A stretch of 64,000 nucleotides of DNA, taken from assembly GCA_964270895.1 (NCBI GenBank), contig OZ185437.1; one strand, given 5' to 3'. This document shows positions 21,384-33,775 of this stretch, piece by piece. Every line of letters starts with the position of its first letter. Position 1 is the first letter of the stretch. Source of the DNA: Podarcis filfolensis (taxonomy: Eukaryota). The notes below the pieces were generated by a model. The model saw only the letters and a list, made by a program, of their open reading frames with translations. It had not been told where the DNA came from and made no database searches. The position numbers were made by a program, and so were the translations under genes.

Positions 21384-22965
21384 TACTAGATAATCATGTT
21401 AGATATCTATTCTCACTCTGGATCTTTATGATTGAACTTGGATCATAAGTACTATCTCAACAGGTGCCTATTTGGTCAATGTAACAGGCACTCAGGAAAG
21501 ATACAACTGGCTGTAGTAGATATGGCAGGTGGTAACAGATGATGTAATCATTACAAGTTAATTCAGTAAAAACACCAAGACCTCACAGTGCAAACTGTGT
21601 GTCCTATTTGACAGTACCACATTCTCCAAAAATCAAGGGAAATTTGGTAGGTTGGTAGGTAAGAAAATAATTTTTAAAATCCATCAAGCTCTTAAGATTT
21701 TCATTTTCTAAAATGTAAACAGGGCCATGGCCTATAGACCAATTAGATTTAGAATTGTTATTTTGTTTTAGTTATACTGGCCAAAGCCTGCAGGATGGAT
21801 AAGCATGATTCCTACTCCAGTGTGGAATATGCTGGCTGTAATTCCCTCCCTCATTAATCAGTCTCGATGTTCAGATTTTGTGGTGGTATACCAGTGGTCT
21901 AGAATTTTCTCCATATGTTCAGCTGGGTTGGTGCCTACTGAAAAATCACTGGCCCATTTAACAGAATCAGAGAAAAAGATGCCAAGTGACTGGGAGATGC
22001 TTAACAAAACATTGGCTGCTTGACAACACCACATTGTCTGCTTGCTGCTTCCTGAGGAAGAAATTGAGAATAAATGAAACTCTCTACAAATTAGTTCTTC
22101 AGGGGGACTGGGGTGCCTCTGCCAGGTAAGAAAAAGAAAGCGCACATAAATTGATTCCTGCTCACAATCTATCCCTTGTGATTCCTCTCTGCAGTCTTTC
22201 CTTGCATGGAGAGATAACACATCTGGAATTCAAACATATTTTGACAAAGAGAGAGAGAGAGAGAGAGATATGATGGGGTGGGGAAGCAAGATTTGGGAGT
22301 ATTGCCATGTGGCTTCACGAGTGTCAAACCTGGTACATGAGTTTAATGTTGCCCCCCTCCCCCAGCCTATAAAGAAATCTGGTTAGTATGTATTGTCAAT
22401 GTGTTAATCCTTATTGGTGCAGTAGGAATGTGGCTTTGAGACTCCTGCAGAGCAGGTTGTGAAGCCAGAACCAGGCTGTGAAAGCCTTTTGCTTACATGC
22501 ACACTGTTGTTTCACCAGAATAAAAGCTTTGGACTATAAAATGATGAGGAGAAGGCAAATGGCTTTTTATTCTGGACTGAAAGCTGGCAACAGATATTTT
22601 TCCTTGCTGATAAGTCAGTGGAAAATCACATCGGCCATAGAATGTTCTGAACAATGTCCTTCCAATGGGGGATAGGGAAATCTGGCAATTTTGGATTCTC
22701 AACCCCACTACCCTACCAGTTCTCCATCTTTCTGCATCAGTTTGTGAACTTTCCCCTCATGAATATCTATCAACACTTCATTGCATCCCCCCCTGTAATG
22801 CAGACATTTTATAATGCAGTCTTGACCAATATAATGCATTTTTCTTTGTCATTTTATTCATATATACATTTTTGTGCACTCTCTCCTAGTATATGCAGTT
22901 TTGTATATGTTATTAAAACACGGCAATATCTAGTTGAGTTAGCAAAAATAAAAATCTAAACTATC

Positions 22966-23399
22966 TGTAATGGCTTTAGGGGTTGCTTGTGTGTAAGTTA
23001 CCGCCGCTCTGGGTTAGGTTGCCTGGTTAAACCGTTTCTCTCTGGACAGCCATCCACTCCGTGGCTGTTCAGTCGCTGGCAGAATCCGTCAGTGGGCATT
23101 TCTTGAACCTCTTCCAGCATAAAAGTTCTTTGACGCCAAGTCGCCACCTACTCTCCCTGCGCGGAAGTCTTCTGCGCAGGGTGGGTGTGGGCAGCGGAGG
23201 ACCTGTGCTCTCCTCGCTGGTCTCCTGTGAAGAGTCCTGGAGCCTGCTCTCTGCTTCCCCCATCGGCCCCCCTCTATCCCTGGTGTTGCGCTGAATTTCT
23301 TCCCCAGCCGGAGACCTGCCTCTCTCCCTGCTTGGCCCCTCTCCAGCATCGCTGTGTAGCCTCGCCTCCTCCTCTAGTTCCGATGGCAGTTCCCTGACA
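22966..23399. mobile_element. Probable solo LTR (434 bp) with 5-bp TSD
   Basis: Starts TGTAA, ends TGACA; TSD CTATC at 22961-22965 and 23400-23404; GC-rich island in AT-rich flanks. Confidence 0.68.
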
Positions 23400-23789
23400 C
23401 TATCCTTCTGAAAACTCTGTAATTTAGGCCACAGCCACCATATATGAAAGAATTACTTCTCTCACACTTGTTTTTATTGTGCTCTCAATCAAACTAATTT
23501 GTATTCAACCTAGAACAATGCATACTAGTGCTTCAACTGAGGATAAAAATAAATACATAAATAAAAAACAAACTAACCTCATATTTGCCCAGCACACCCA
23601 TTGCCTGTGTGAGGAGTGGGAGTGAGGGTAACAGAGAAGCTGCCATTGTATGCTGCTAATTGAGCTAAGAAAGGAGAAGAACAGCTGGGAAGCTGTGTCG
23701 AGGAAACAACTTTCAGCTCATTGATATGCCTCACCCATGTAAGGATAAAATAACCACAGGCAGGACAGAAGTGGTGGTTCCAAATTCAT

Positions 23790-23792
<3 letters not shown>

Positions 23793-23836
<44 letters not shown>
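23793..23836. repeat. (GA)n microsatellite
   Basis: Read directly. Confidence 0.95.
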
Positions 23837-23845
<9 letters not shown>

Positions 23846-23938
23846 CCCTTTGCTTGTATTTCAGCCTGTGGAAGTCAGAATGGAGGCAGTACCACTGACC
23901 TTGCTTATTTCAAAAATTTAACTCTTACTAAAAAGAAG
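23833..23938 (+). repeat. 106-bp exact direct repeat, copy 1 (inside a GA microsatellite)
   Basis: Identical to 25444-25549 (offset 1,611 bp). Confidence 0.95.
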
Positions 23939-25443
23939 AGAGAGAGAGTAACAAGAGGGAAGGACCACAGAGGCAGCCGCTGTATGGGCTTTGAAGCACT
24001 GAGAACTAGGAAGTTAAGAAGCATGTGCAAGAGGGTGAGGGGCCACTGGCAGAAATGACCAGTAAGGCTGGAAGTTAGAGATGCAGGCCTACTGGCTGAG
24101 CTCTATTAAGAAAGTGGGAGTTTGGGTGATGGTACAGAAAGAGGAGACTTAGAAGCTGGGCAAGGAAAGGAGCAGAAGGGAGAGAACATTATGCAACAAA
24201 GCTTTAGTTGGCCTGGACTTCCTCAGGGAGAGGAAACAAAGAAAGGCAGGAGTTTGAAGGCTCTCTAGTGTTCATTACACACATGGCAGGCCATAGACTA
24301 AACAAGGAGAGCCATGTGATAGACAAGAGGTCCAATGATGAGAAAAAATTCCAGGAGGAGAATCTGAAGAGTTCACTAGCTCTGGTGTTGTGAGAGGTTG
24401 GGTTTCTGAGGGCTTGTAGGGCACACAGCAGAAGAAGCCTCACAACACATCAGTCCATGTTTATGTTTTGCCCTGGAAACATACTTCAGTCCACCAGAAT
24501 GTGCCACATTGCTGAATAGGTATGACTGTTTTAACAGAGATAGTAACTTGGACTAAACCACCAAGAGAGTAGAATTTTTCTCTTCTATTATTTATGACCA
24601 ATTTGATGTATGGGATGCTGCAGTTTGAGAAGAGGGTAAAGTTTCAAGGCTCCCATCTGATTTTCCTCTTATTTTCCCTGTTATTCTGTCATCTATTAGA
24701 TTTCTATGTGCATTTTATGCAATTTCTTTTTCCATTTATCGCACAGTTTGCTATAGAATAAAATATCATCACTATAACTAATAAATCAGAAAAACACTAT
24801 TTTGGATGTCACAGAAAATGTGTTCCAATGTTAGTCTTAAGAGCCTATGGATCCTTTTGCTTCAGTTTAGATGGGTGAAATAAATCCATAGTACTGAGTA
24901 AGATAAAGGCACCTTGAGGCATTACTATTCAACAACTCACCAGCACCAAGTCTTCAAAAACAGCTCTTGCTACAAAAATGAACTACATGAGATAAATTTC
25001 AAAGAGCTGTGCAATTTCTCAGGGATTTCTGGGAGTCACATGGCTGAAACGGAACACCATTTTTTTTAAAAAAAAACATTTGCAGCATATATATGTAATA
25101 TGTCAGATGCAAGCAGTGCAGGCTAGGAAACAGGAACTTGGTAACTGGTGTTTTTAGCACTAAGTGATTTCAGTGGAATAATGAAGAAAAATATTGTGAC
25201 CTTGCTACAATGACAAAACAGTCACTTAAGAGCTTCCATCACATATATACTCAGTCTAAGCAATAATCCCACCCCACAGTGGCTCACACTAGAGAGAGGT
25301 AAATGGTAGGCTGGGCACTCAGTATGGCACAGTATTTCAGCATTTCAGTCACTTAGTCTCATACAAACCAAGGCAAAAGGTTCTTCAGCTCTGTACTCCA
25401 TAACAGAGATAAGTGGAAAACTCTACCAAAGCCTTTGGTGAGG

Positions 25444-25549
25444 GAGAATGAAAGAGCCCTTTGCTTGTATTTCAGCCTGTGGAAGTCAGAATGGAGGCAG
25501 TACCACTGACCTTGCTTATTTCAAAAATTTAACTCTTACTAAAAAGAAG
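25444..25549 (+). repeat. 106-bp exact direct repeat, copy 2 (ends inside the left BovB TSD)
   Basis: Identical to 23833-23938. Confidence 0.95.
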
Positions 25550-25551
25550 GA

Positions 25552-25917
25552 ATTTGAATTATGGCACTGGAGGAGAATCTTGAGAGTCCCATGGACTGCA
25601 AGAAGATCAGACCTATCCATTCTGAAGGAAATCAGCCCTGAGGGCTCACTGGAAGGACAGATCCTGAAGCTGAGACTCTAATACTTTGGCCACCTCATGA
25701 GAAGAGAAGACTCCCTGGAAAAGACCCTGATGTTGGGAAAGATTGGGGGCACAAGGAGAAGGGGACAACAGAGGACGAGATAGTTGGATAGTGTTCTTGA
25801 AGCTACTAGCATGAGTTTGACCAAACTGCGGGAAGCAGTGGAAGACAGGAGTGCCTGGCGTGCTCTGGTCCATAGGGTCACGAAGAGTCGGACACGACTA
25901 AACGACTAAACAGCAAC
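25552..25917 (+). mobile_element. RTE-BovB LINE 3' fragment with about 11-bp TSD
   Basis: Same family as 19565-20030; TSD AAAAAGAAGGA at 25541-25551 and 25918-25928. Confidence 0.92.
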
Positions 25918-27729
25918 AAAAAGAAGGATGCCAACTAGAGGTGAGACATCCTAATCTGTGGCTATTTCCAAGCATGATTATCCCTTGTTTCTATTGGCCA
26001 CATGACCAGCCACTTTGCTTTTGCAAAGTCCTAGCATGGACTGAAACCTTGATACTTATGTGACAGAAAAAAAGGGTGTCATCTCAGTGCTGGCTAAGGA
26101 TGACCTATTAGAGAAGGAGTAAAGATTACACAATCTCAGTCAATGTGCCTTCTTTCAAAAAACAACAGGAATCTGTACCACCAGAAGGGATTCTCCTTCC
26201 ACCCCACTCCCATAAGTAAACAGCACTATTAGTGACTGGGCATAGTTCAGTCATTATGTCACATAAGCAGCAGTACTACAGGCTGATACATGAGCAAAGG
26301 CCTCTTTAAGTCTCTCCCACCAGCGTGCCAAACAGAGGCTTTGGTAGTTCTCCCCATAGCTCTGTATAGGAGCAGGGAGTTGAGAGCCTGGTCGTGTTCT
26401 GTCCTACTTTTGGCAAGAAATGATGGTCAAGAAGGATGGGTCATCACAGGGAGTTAACATAATCACTCTTCAAGGATTTTACCCATGTGTAAAATCAACA
26501 AGCAAGTAGGGAGGGGCTAAACTCTTTCATCCCTATTGCCCTCCACAAGATGGAGGAAAACTGGCTCTCCCCTCATCAACTGCTCTCTTGACTTGGCCAT
26601 CTTATCTCCTTTTGGTTTTGCTTCACCTAGTCAGGATTTTCTCTCAGCAATTTCTTACTATCCTTTTTTCAGTGAGGATATTAATAAACATAGCAAAGTC
26701 AGCCTGTGTCATATAGTGTTTTGTCACAGGATGATGTAGTAGCTTGCTTTGGTGACCACTCCTCTATTTTCCAGATGAAAGTACCACATCCCTTTAATCT
26801 GCTCTCATACTTCAGCTATGGCATTGCCTTAATCCATCACATTGACAGTACAAGTGAACACCATGCACTTCACATACATACAAGATGCCATAAATTGTTT
26901 TAAAAGGCATTAGACAAATGGTTCTTACTGCTGCAAAAATAACACCACTGCACTGGTTTACCATTGTCCCCTTTATAGGAAACACAGGTGGGCAGACTGA
27001 TCTCAGTGGCATCGATCTTCTTCCTTCCAGTCGGGTTTTAGTATCCCTACAGAGCATAAAGACAATGGGCCATGTATATCCTTGATGAATGATTCCAGTA
27101 CAATGGTTCAGCTATAATCCTACAACCCTCTTTTAGAAGCAAGACTAGTTGAACTTTGAGTAAATGTAAAATGTAAAAAGGATTTGGTTGCTGGAAAACA
27201 ATTTTTATTTTCATATCTGTTGACAAAATTTTACATTTATGTAAGTGTACAGAAGAAAGGCAAGGAGAGCAATTCCAAAATATTTCCTCTCCCACCCCAC
27301 CCCATGGAAGGAACCTATGCATGCAAAATGAATAAACTGAGCATTAACTCATCTCTTTCTCAGCAGAGTGCACTACTGGACTTCCCCAACATCACATTCT
27401 GTTTTATGTCTTATGTATTATAAATAGCAGATGACAGCAGATAAATCTTGCTAGCTGAGGACCACCACTGTTACAATCACAAAGCTGGACTGTGCCAAAA
27501 GGCATTAAGCACAGCCCCTCACTGCAAGACAACACGCCGGCACTCTGTTGCTCAATCCAGAGGATTGTTTCAATTTGTATGCCACATCAAATGTTTCCCA
27601 CAAAATGTTTCCCACAAAAAAGTTTTGTGCTCTTGGCGATGCTATGTGTACCAGATGCACTCCACAGCTAATATGTGCTCAGTGAAGAGTGCTGCCCCAT
27701 TTGCACATTGGGTTTCCAACACTGGGATA

Positions 27730-28380
27730 TGAACCCTGATGGATCAGCAAAACTTGCCTAAACCACTTTTAAAGCTATATAAGGCAGCAGTTATCACCAC
27801 ATCTATGGCAGCAAATTTCATAAGTTAATGATGCTCTGTGTGAAGAGCTTTCTTTTATCTGCCCTGAATTTATTGCCAATCAATTTTATTGAGAGACCTT
27901 GAGTTCTTCTGTTATGAGAAAGGAAGAATATTGTCGCCTTCGCTCCCAATCACTCAGCGGGGTGATATCATTTCAGGTGAGGTCCTATCCTTCTCCTGTT
28001 CAAAAGTATGAATATACTTCCCTATGCCAACAAGAAATGCCTTACATAACACAATCAATAGCTGCTTTTGCCCTCAAGGCAGAAACATCATATTGGTGGC
28101 TGCTTATTATTGATTAAGTGACCAAGACACCCCATTTCCCTTCAGTCAGGTTGCCTGGCTAACAGTGAAAATGACCATTATTGGTCCCCAGGCCCAGGAC
28201 CTTATATTGTGAACTCTTGAATTTAAGATCTGTTACTTTAGTTCGTAAGGTCAAGCATGGCTTCCTAGTTGGCTTCCTCATTATTAATGCTCTTAGCAGT
28301 GTCATTCTCAGATTTATTCTCTTTATCACATTCTTCCACCCCTCTCTAAGGTCACCGAAGAAAATACTGAACAAAACCAA
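27730..28380 (-). mobile_element. Ancient CR1/L3-like LINE fragment
   Basis: Degenerate ORF2 motif LKFKSSQYKVLGLGTNN resembles CR1 [17 protein letters not shown]; decayed CR1-like 3' sequence; boundaries approximate. Confidence 0.6.
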
Positions 28381-28540
28381 GCCTACAAAGAATCCCTAAG
28401 AAGAGATTGAAAGGTTGCCTTTTATCACAACCTTTCACCTTCCATTAGTTCATTACTGATTTTATGGTGTATGCAGTGGTAGCAAATATGAGCAATGCAA
28501 TTCATTCTAGTGTTTAAGCATGTGATCTTATACTCAATTA

Positions 28541-28713
28541 CAGTGGTGCCTCGCAAGACGAAAAGAATCCGTTCTGCGAGTCTCGCAAGACATTATCGTC
28601 TTGCGAAGCAAGCCCATAGGAAATTCGTTTTGCGAAGCACCTCCAAAACGGAAAACTCTTTCGTCTAGCGAGTTTTCCGTCTTGCGAGGCATTCGTCTTG
28701 CGGGGCACCACTG
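28541..28713. mobile_element. Tc1/mariner MITE, second family
   Basis: TIRs CAGTGGTGCCTCGCAAGACG...CGTCTTGCGGGGCACCACTG; TA TSD. Confidence 0.88.
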
Positions 28714-28816
28714 TACTTAGAAGGAAACAACATTGAACTCAAAGGGACTTGCTTCTCAGGAGACATGTATAGGATTGCACTATAAATGCCAGATTTGGGA
28801 GAAGGCTTTTGTCTTG

Positions 28817-29449
28817 ATCATAGAATCATAGAATCATAGAGTTGGAAGAGACCACAAGGGCCATCGAGTCCAACCCCCTGCCAAGCAGGAAACACCATCA
28901 GAGCACTCCTGACATACGGTTGTGAAGCCTCTGCTTAAAGACCTCCAAAGAAGGAGACTCCACCACACTCCTTGGCAGCAAATTCCACTGTCGAACAGCT
29001 CTTACTGTCAGGAAGTTCTTCCTAATGTTTAGGTGGAATCTTATTTCTTGTAGTTTGGATCCACTGCTCCGTGTCCACTTCTCTGGAGCAGCAGAAAACA
29101 ACCTTTCTCCCTCCTCTATGTGACATCCTTTTATATATTTGAACATGGCTATCATATCACCCCTTAACCTCCTCTTCTCCAGGCTAAACATGCCCAGCTC
29201 CCTTAGCCGTTCCTCATAAGGCATCGTTTCCAGGCCTTTGACCATTTTGGTTGCCCTCCTCTGGATACGTTCCAGTTTGTCAGTGTCCTTCTTGAACTGT
29301 GGTGCCCAGAACTGGACACAGTACTCCAGGTGAGGTCTGACCAGAGCAGAATACAGTGGCACTATTACTTCCCTTGATCTAGATGCTATACTCCTATTGA
29401 TGCAGCCCAGAATTGCATTGGCTTTTTTAGCTGCCGTGTCACACTGTTG
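28817..29449 (-). mobile_element. CR1 LINE 3' fragment, same young subfamily as 8540-15245
   Basis: (ATTCTATG)n tail; about nine differences seen by eye over roughly 620 bp against 8560-9175; encodes the ORF2 C-terminus. Confidence 0.93.
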
Positions 29450-30175
29450 ATATTTATTTGCATTTATAATTATGATTGAATTGCACATCTAGGAAAGTCA
29501 AATACCCAACAAAGGATATATCTGACAAAAAGAAAACAATTAAATGCTCTTTGTCCATAACAGTTATTTTTAAAGTGATTATAGTGCCCAATGATGTTCT
29601 GCTACAAGAAAAAACAACAGCATTATTAGGTGAAAAGCCAACCAAAAGCATCATAAATGGCATACTCCAAATAAAGCTGAACCCTGTGTGTGTTTCTATT
29701 TCTATATTGAAAAAATGCTCGGAGGGGAAGGTGTTCTTATGTCTCTCTCCCCCCTCTGGCCCAGCTTTCTCGGGAATGATGACCCAGTGGGGATTTTATT
29801 GATCTTCTAACTATGTCACAGTCCATTTAAAACAAAATGGTATATGTTTTTGACAGAGGAATATGACATATTACTGTAGAAGGAGAACGGATAGACTTGA
29901 GTGATGGTAAGAAAACAACAACAAAAAGCCTCTTGGGACACATGAAGAAAACAAATCTAAGATATGATGCTGTAAATGGAAGTGAATTAGGCTTTTTATG
30001 GCAAGATTTAGCTGCAGAAGAAAACAGAGATTGTAAGCACAGGGAGAAGTAAGTCCCATTCAAGCAAGTAATTCCCCCCCCCCTTTTTTTGTAGATTCTC
30101 ACCAGGATACTGTTCCCAAGAGAGGAGAAAGATAAATCACGTAAGCATCATTTGGTGATGCATTAAGGAAGAAGT

Positions 30176-30424
30176 AAAAAGGTAAAGGTAAAGGATCTCT
30201 GACAGTTAAGTCCAGTCGCAGACGACACTGGGTTGTGGCGCTCATCTCACTTTACTGGCCGAGGGAGCCAACGTTTGTCCGGAGACAGTTTTTCCAGGTC
30301 ATGTGGCCAGCATGACTAAGCCGCTTCTGGCAAAACCAGAGCAGCGCACGGAAACGCCGTTTGCCTTCCTGCTGGGGCGGTACCTATTTATCTACTTGCA
30401 CTGTGACGTGCTTTCAAACTGCTA
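30176..30424 (-). mobile_element. Sauria SINE, 5'-truncated
   Basis: (ACCTTT)n tail; body homologous to 32919-33190. Confidence 0.85.
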
Positions 30425-30845
30425 CACCCTCTCCCCATCCACAACCACACTAGACCTGCTTCGCATCATTCTTGACTGTTTTAACCTGGCTGGAGTATCT
30501 CCTTCTTGGATGTAAAATAGGGGTGTGAGAGCTTGTGTAGAAACTTACCTACTGTACATTGGTAAAATCCAAATTAATTGCTCCACTCACCCCACTCACC
30601 AATGAAATGTGGCCCCCATCCCTGTCTCCAGAAAGTTGCCCAGAAGTGAATGTGGCCACCACACTGAAAACAAGTTCTCTACTTCTGAAGTACAAGAATG
30701 AAAAAGTGTTTTGTTTCCTGTCCTCTTGGAAGGCTATGCACTAAGGGAGTCTAGTTTTTTAGTACATGCACATACAACAGGTCACCATAGCACACTCCTC
30801 CCCCCTCCGCCAAAAGCGAAAATGAAATGCTTACTGTGTACTAAC

Positions 30846-30967
30846 CAAATGGAGATCCACACAGGTAGAATTGTGTTTGCATGCGTTAACGAGGCAGTCA
30901 TCAATATCTTGGTCACATTTTTGTCCTGCATACCCAGGGTTGCACAAGCAGTAGAAGCCGTCAACAA
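30846..30967 (-). CDS. EYS: EYS coding exon F (122 nt, phase 1-0), ortholog of human EYS exon 14
   Basis: Minus strand: cactgcag|TTGTTGAC...CATTTG|gttagt. Translates (V)VDGFYCLCNPGYAGQKCDQDIDDCLVNACKHNSTCVDLHL, matching recalled human [41 protein letters not shown] and its 122-nt length. Confidence 0.95.
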
Positions 30968-31504
30968 CTGCAGTGTGTGAAGTGGGGGGGGGGGAGAAGC
31001 AGGTCAATCACATTTTGTACAAAGTTAGATTGTAACTGGAACTGCAAAACACTTAAATAAAGATAGCACATAAATCCTAGAAATGTAGTCCTATTTTCTC
31101 TAGAAATATAAAGGGCAATGGAAATGGAAAGAGAGAACAAGCAAGGGGCGGGGGGAGGGAATTGAAACAGTATTGTGTAATTGTCACTGAAATGAAAAGA
31201 AGGTATGTCATACACAGGCAGGAAATGTAACCATAGGGAAACTGGATTTCTGATATAGGAGAGAATGACATCAGCAGCCATTCATGACAATTAAGTAACC
31301 CACCTAATTTGAGAAGAGGGTACACTCTCGTGCTACGCCTCATCTCCAGCATTAGGGCCATCAGGTGTAAAAGCAATTTAGCTCCACACCAGTTATGTTC
31401 CCAAATGCTCTCCGCTTTACCCACCCCCCTTATGAATTAACGGCTCTTATCCATTCGTACGAAGGAAACTGGGTGTGATTCCCATCCCAAACTATCTTGA
31501 CTGG

Positions 31505-31926
31505 ATAAATAAAAAGAATAAAAAAATTGTCCAGTAGCACCTTAGAGACCAACAACGTTTGTTCTGGATATAAGCTTTCATGTGCATGTACACTTCTTCA
31601 GATACATTGAAACAGAAGTCACCAGACCCTTATATATAGTGGGAGGGTGGGGTGGGGTTTTTCTCAGAAGGGTAGTAGGAGATGGGTGATTGGCTCAATG
31701 GGTATGATAAACCTGTTGATGAATGTTAACGACTGTCATCAGCATACTATCCCTTGCTTTTCCCTGTAGGACTAATTGCAGTCGTTAGCAGTCATCAACA
31801 GGTTTACCATACTCATTGAGTCAATCACCTATCTCCTACTACCCTTCTCATAAAAACCCCACCCTTTTTATTTTATTTTTTTATTTTGACTGTGTCAGAC
31901 CAACACAGCTACCTACCTGAATCTAG
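31505..31926. mobile_element. Penelope-like element fragment (pseudo-LTR pieces) with 12-bp TSD
   Basis: AGTAGCACCTTAGAGACCAAC...CACTTCTTCAGATAC and AGACCAACACAGCTACCTACCTGAATCT termini, recognised as typical squamate Penelope ends; TSD TATCTTGACTGG at 31493-31504 and 31927-31938; internal 86-bp inverted repeat. Confidence 0.8.
31568..31605 (-). ncRNA. Degenerate minimal type I hammerhead ribozyme motif
   Basis: Minus strand GTAT-CTGAAGA-A-GTGTACATGCACAT-GAAA-GCTT-ATAT: core boxes CUGANGA and GAAA, stem II, minimal stem III and a stem I pairing partner. Confidence 0.6.
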
Positions 31927-32918
31927 TATCTTGACTGGGACATCACAGAGCAGAGTTCATCTATTGTGATGTTCTGAAACCAACACAGTAGCCAATTCCT
32001 ACATGGCCCCACCTGACCTAACAACAGGGCAGATTTCAACACAGTGCTAATATAAAGCTAACACAAACTGCTTTACAGCACATGATATTCAGTTGCTGGA
32101 TGTTTTCCTAGATGGCAGGTGTCCGTCTTTCCCTTCCAGGTAGTCCCCCCCCCCCACAAACCAAAAATCCCTCCCCCGAGGTGCATTTCTTCTATTGGGG
32201 AAAAGAAAAAACTTGTGCCCTTGATATTTTGCATCTGTTATTTTTAAAAGAAATAGACAGGGAAAGAAACATTTATTATCTGGAGGTGCCATTTTCACAC
32301 TGTGCCACTTTATTTAAAAGAAACTGCTCAAGAGCTGAGGTTTGACAGCCTTGATCAGCTACTCTCATGAGTTTCCATGCTTCATTCTTGCCCCCTCCCA
32401 AGCTAACAATCAGTCCTTCCTCTTTTTCATCATTAGTGATGTAAAGAGAGAAGTATCTTTGGAGAGTTACATCTATACAAGGGACCCGGTGACAGCAATG
32501 ATTGCAGTTCTTACAGGCATAGATTTATTATAGCCTCACACAGGTCTCTGGGTTCTTCATTATCTCTAAGATTTACCATGTAATCCAGGCTGTCACTCAG
32601 TCTCAGCACATGTAACTGCTATTACTCTCATTAAATGCTTGGAGCCCTTTGTTCCAATACTACTTTTTTTTTTTCAAGACGCTTGGATTTTTCTTAATTC
32701 ACAGTTTTAAGATGGAGCTAAAGCAAAGCACTTCACCTCCTTTTTAACTTGTCTATCAAATCTCAATAGTTATTTACTTCCACGGATACTCAGATCTGAA
32801 CCTGAAGGGTAAGCTTTCAAGTAATTTAAAAAAAAAATTTTTTTTTGCTGAATATCCACTTCTATGGAAATTTAAACTTCTTTTCTTTTTTGCACAGCTA
32901 GTAACCATTGTTATTCTT

Positions 32919-33287
32919 AAAAAGGTAAAGGTAAAGGTACCCCTGACCATTAGGTCCAGTCGTGGCTGACTCTGGGGTTGCGGCGCTCATCTTGCTCTAT
33001 GGGCCGAGGGAGCCGGCATTTATCCGCAGACGGCTTCTTGGTCATGTGGCCAGCATGACTAAGCCGCTTCTGGCAAACCAGAGCAGCATACAGAAATGCC
33101 ATTTACCTTCCCGCTGGAACAGTACCTATTTATCTACTTGCACTTTGTTGTGCTTTCGAACTGCTAGGTTGGCAGGAGCAGGGACCGAGCAATGGGAGCT
33201 CACCCCGTCATGGGGATTCGACCCGCCAACCTTCTGATCGGCAAGTCCTAGGCTCTGTGGTTTAACCCACAGTGCCACCCGCGTCCC
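32919..33287 (-). mobile_element. Sauria SINE, near full length
   Basis: (ACCTTT)n 3' tail on the minus strand; BovB-like 3' segment GAGTCAGCCACGACT; typical Sauria SINE body. Confidence 0.9.
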
Positions 33288-33404
33288 TTATGCTCCATTC
33301 TTATCCTCCATGAATTTGTTTAATTTGTAAACCACTTAGAGGTTTTCTTACAATCAAGCAGTATATACATTTTGTTAGATAAATAAATAATCTGCTTTTG
33401 AGGA

Positions 33405-33775
33405 AGGGCTCAATAGTTGAGCAGCTGTTTTGCATGCAAAGACTCCAGGTTCCATCCCCAGCATGCCCAGGTAGGGCCGGAAGAGAACCTTGGAGAAGCT
33501 ACTGCCAGTCAATGTAGACCCGGTGTAGTCAACCTTTTTATACCTACTGCCCAATAATGCATCTTTCTTGATGGTTAAATTTCCTTACCGCCCACCAGTG
33601 CTTGATGGAAGGAAGATTCAGCTTGTGCCGTACAACCCCCTACCACCCACCTAGAATCCTGAAACGCCCACTAGTGGGCGGTAGGGACCAGGTTGACAAC
33701 CCCTGGTGTAGACAACAGGGAACTAGATGGAACACTAGTCTGACGCAGTACACGGCAGTTTCCTATGTTCCTAGT
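33405..33775 (+). mobile_element. Old tRNA-derived squamate SINE, split by the hAT MITE
   Basis: tRNA-like head (GGCTCAATAGTTGAGCA...CCAGGTTCCATCCCCAGCA), CTGCCAGTCAATGTAGAC core, GGCAGTTTCCTATGTTCCT end. Confidence 0.55.
33520..33705. mobile_element. hAT-type MITE nested in an older SINE
   Basis: CCGGTGTAGTCAACCT...AGGTTGACAACCCCTG; TSD ATGTAGAC / GTGTAGAC (7 of 8). Confidence 0.75.

Noticed and set aside
1-30845. Search for the next EYS exon (human exon 15-like, phase 0 start, SYQCVC...)
   Set aside because: No EGF-patterned exon with splice sites was found by eye, so the region is treated as intron. A short or divergent exon could have been missed.
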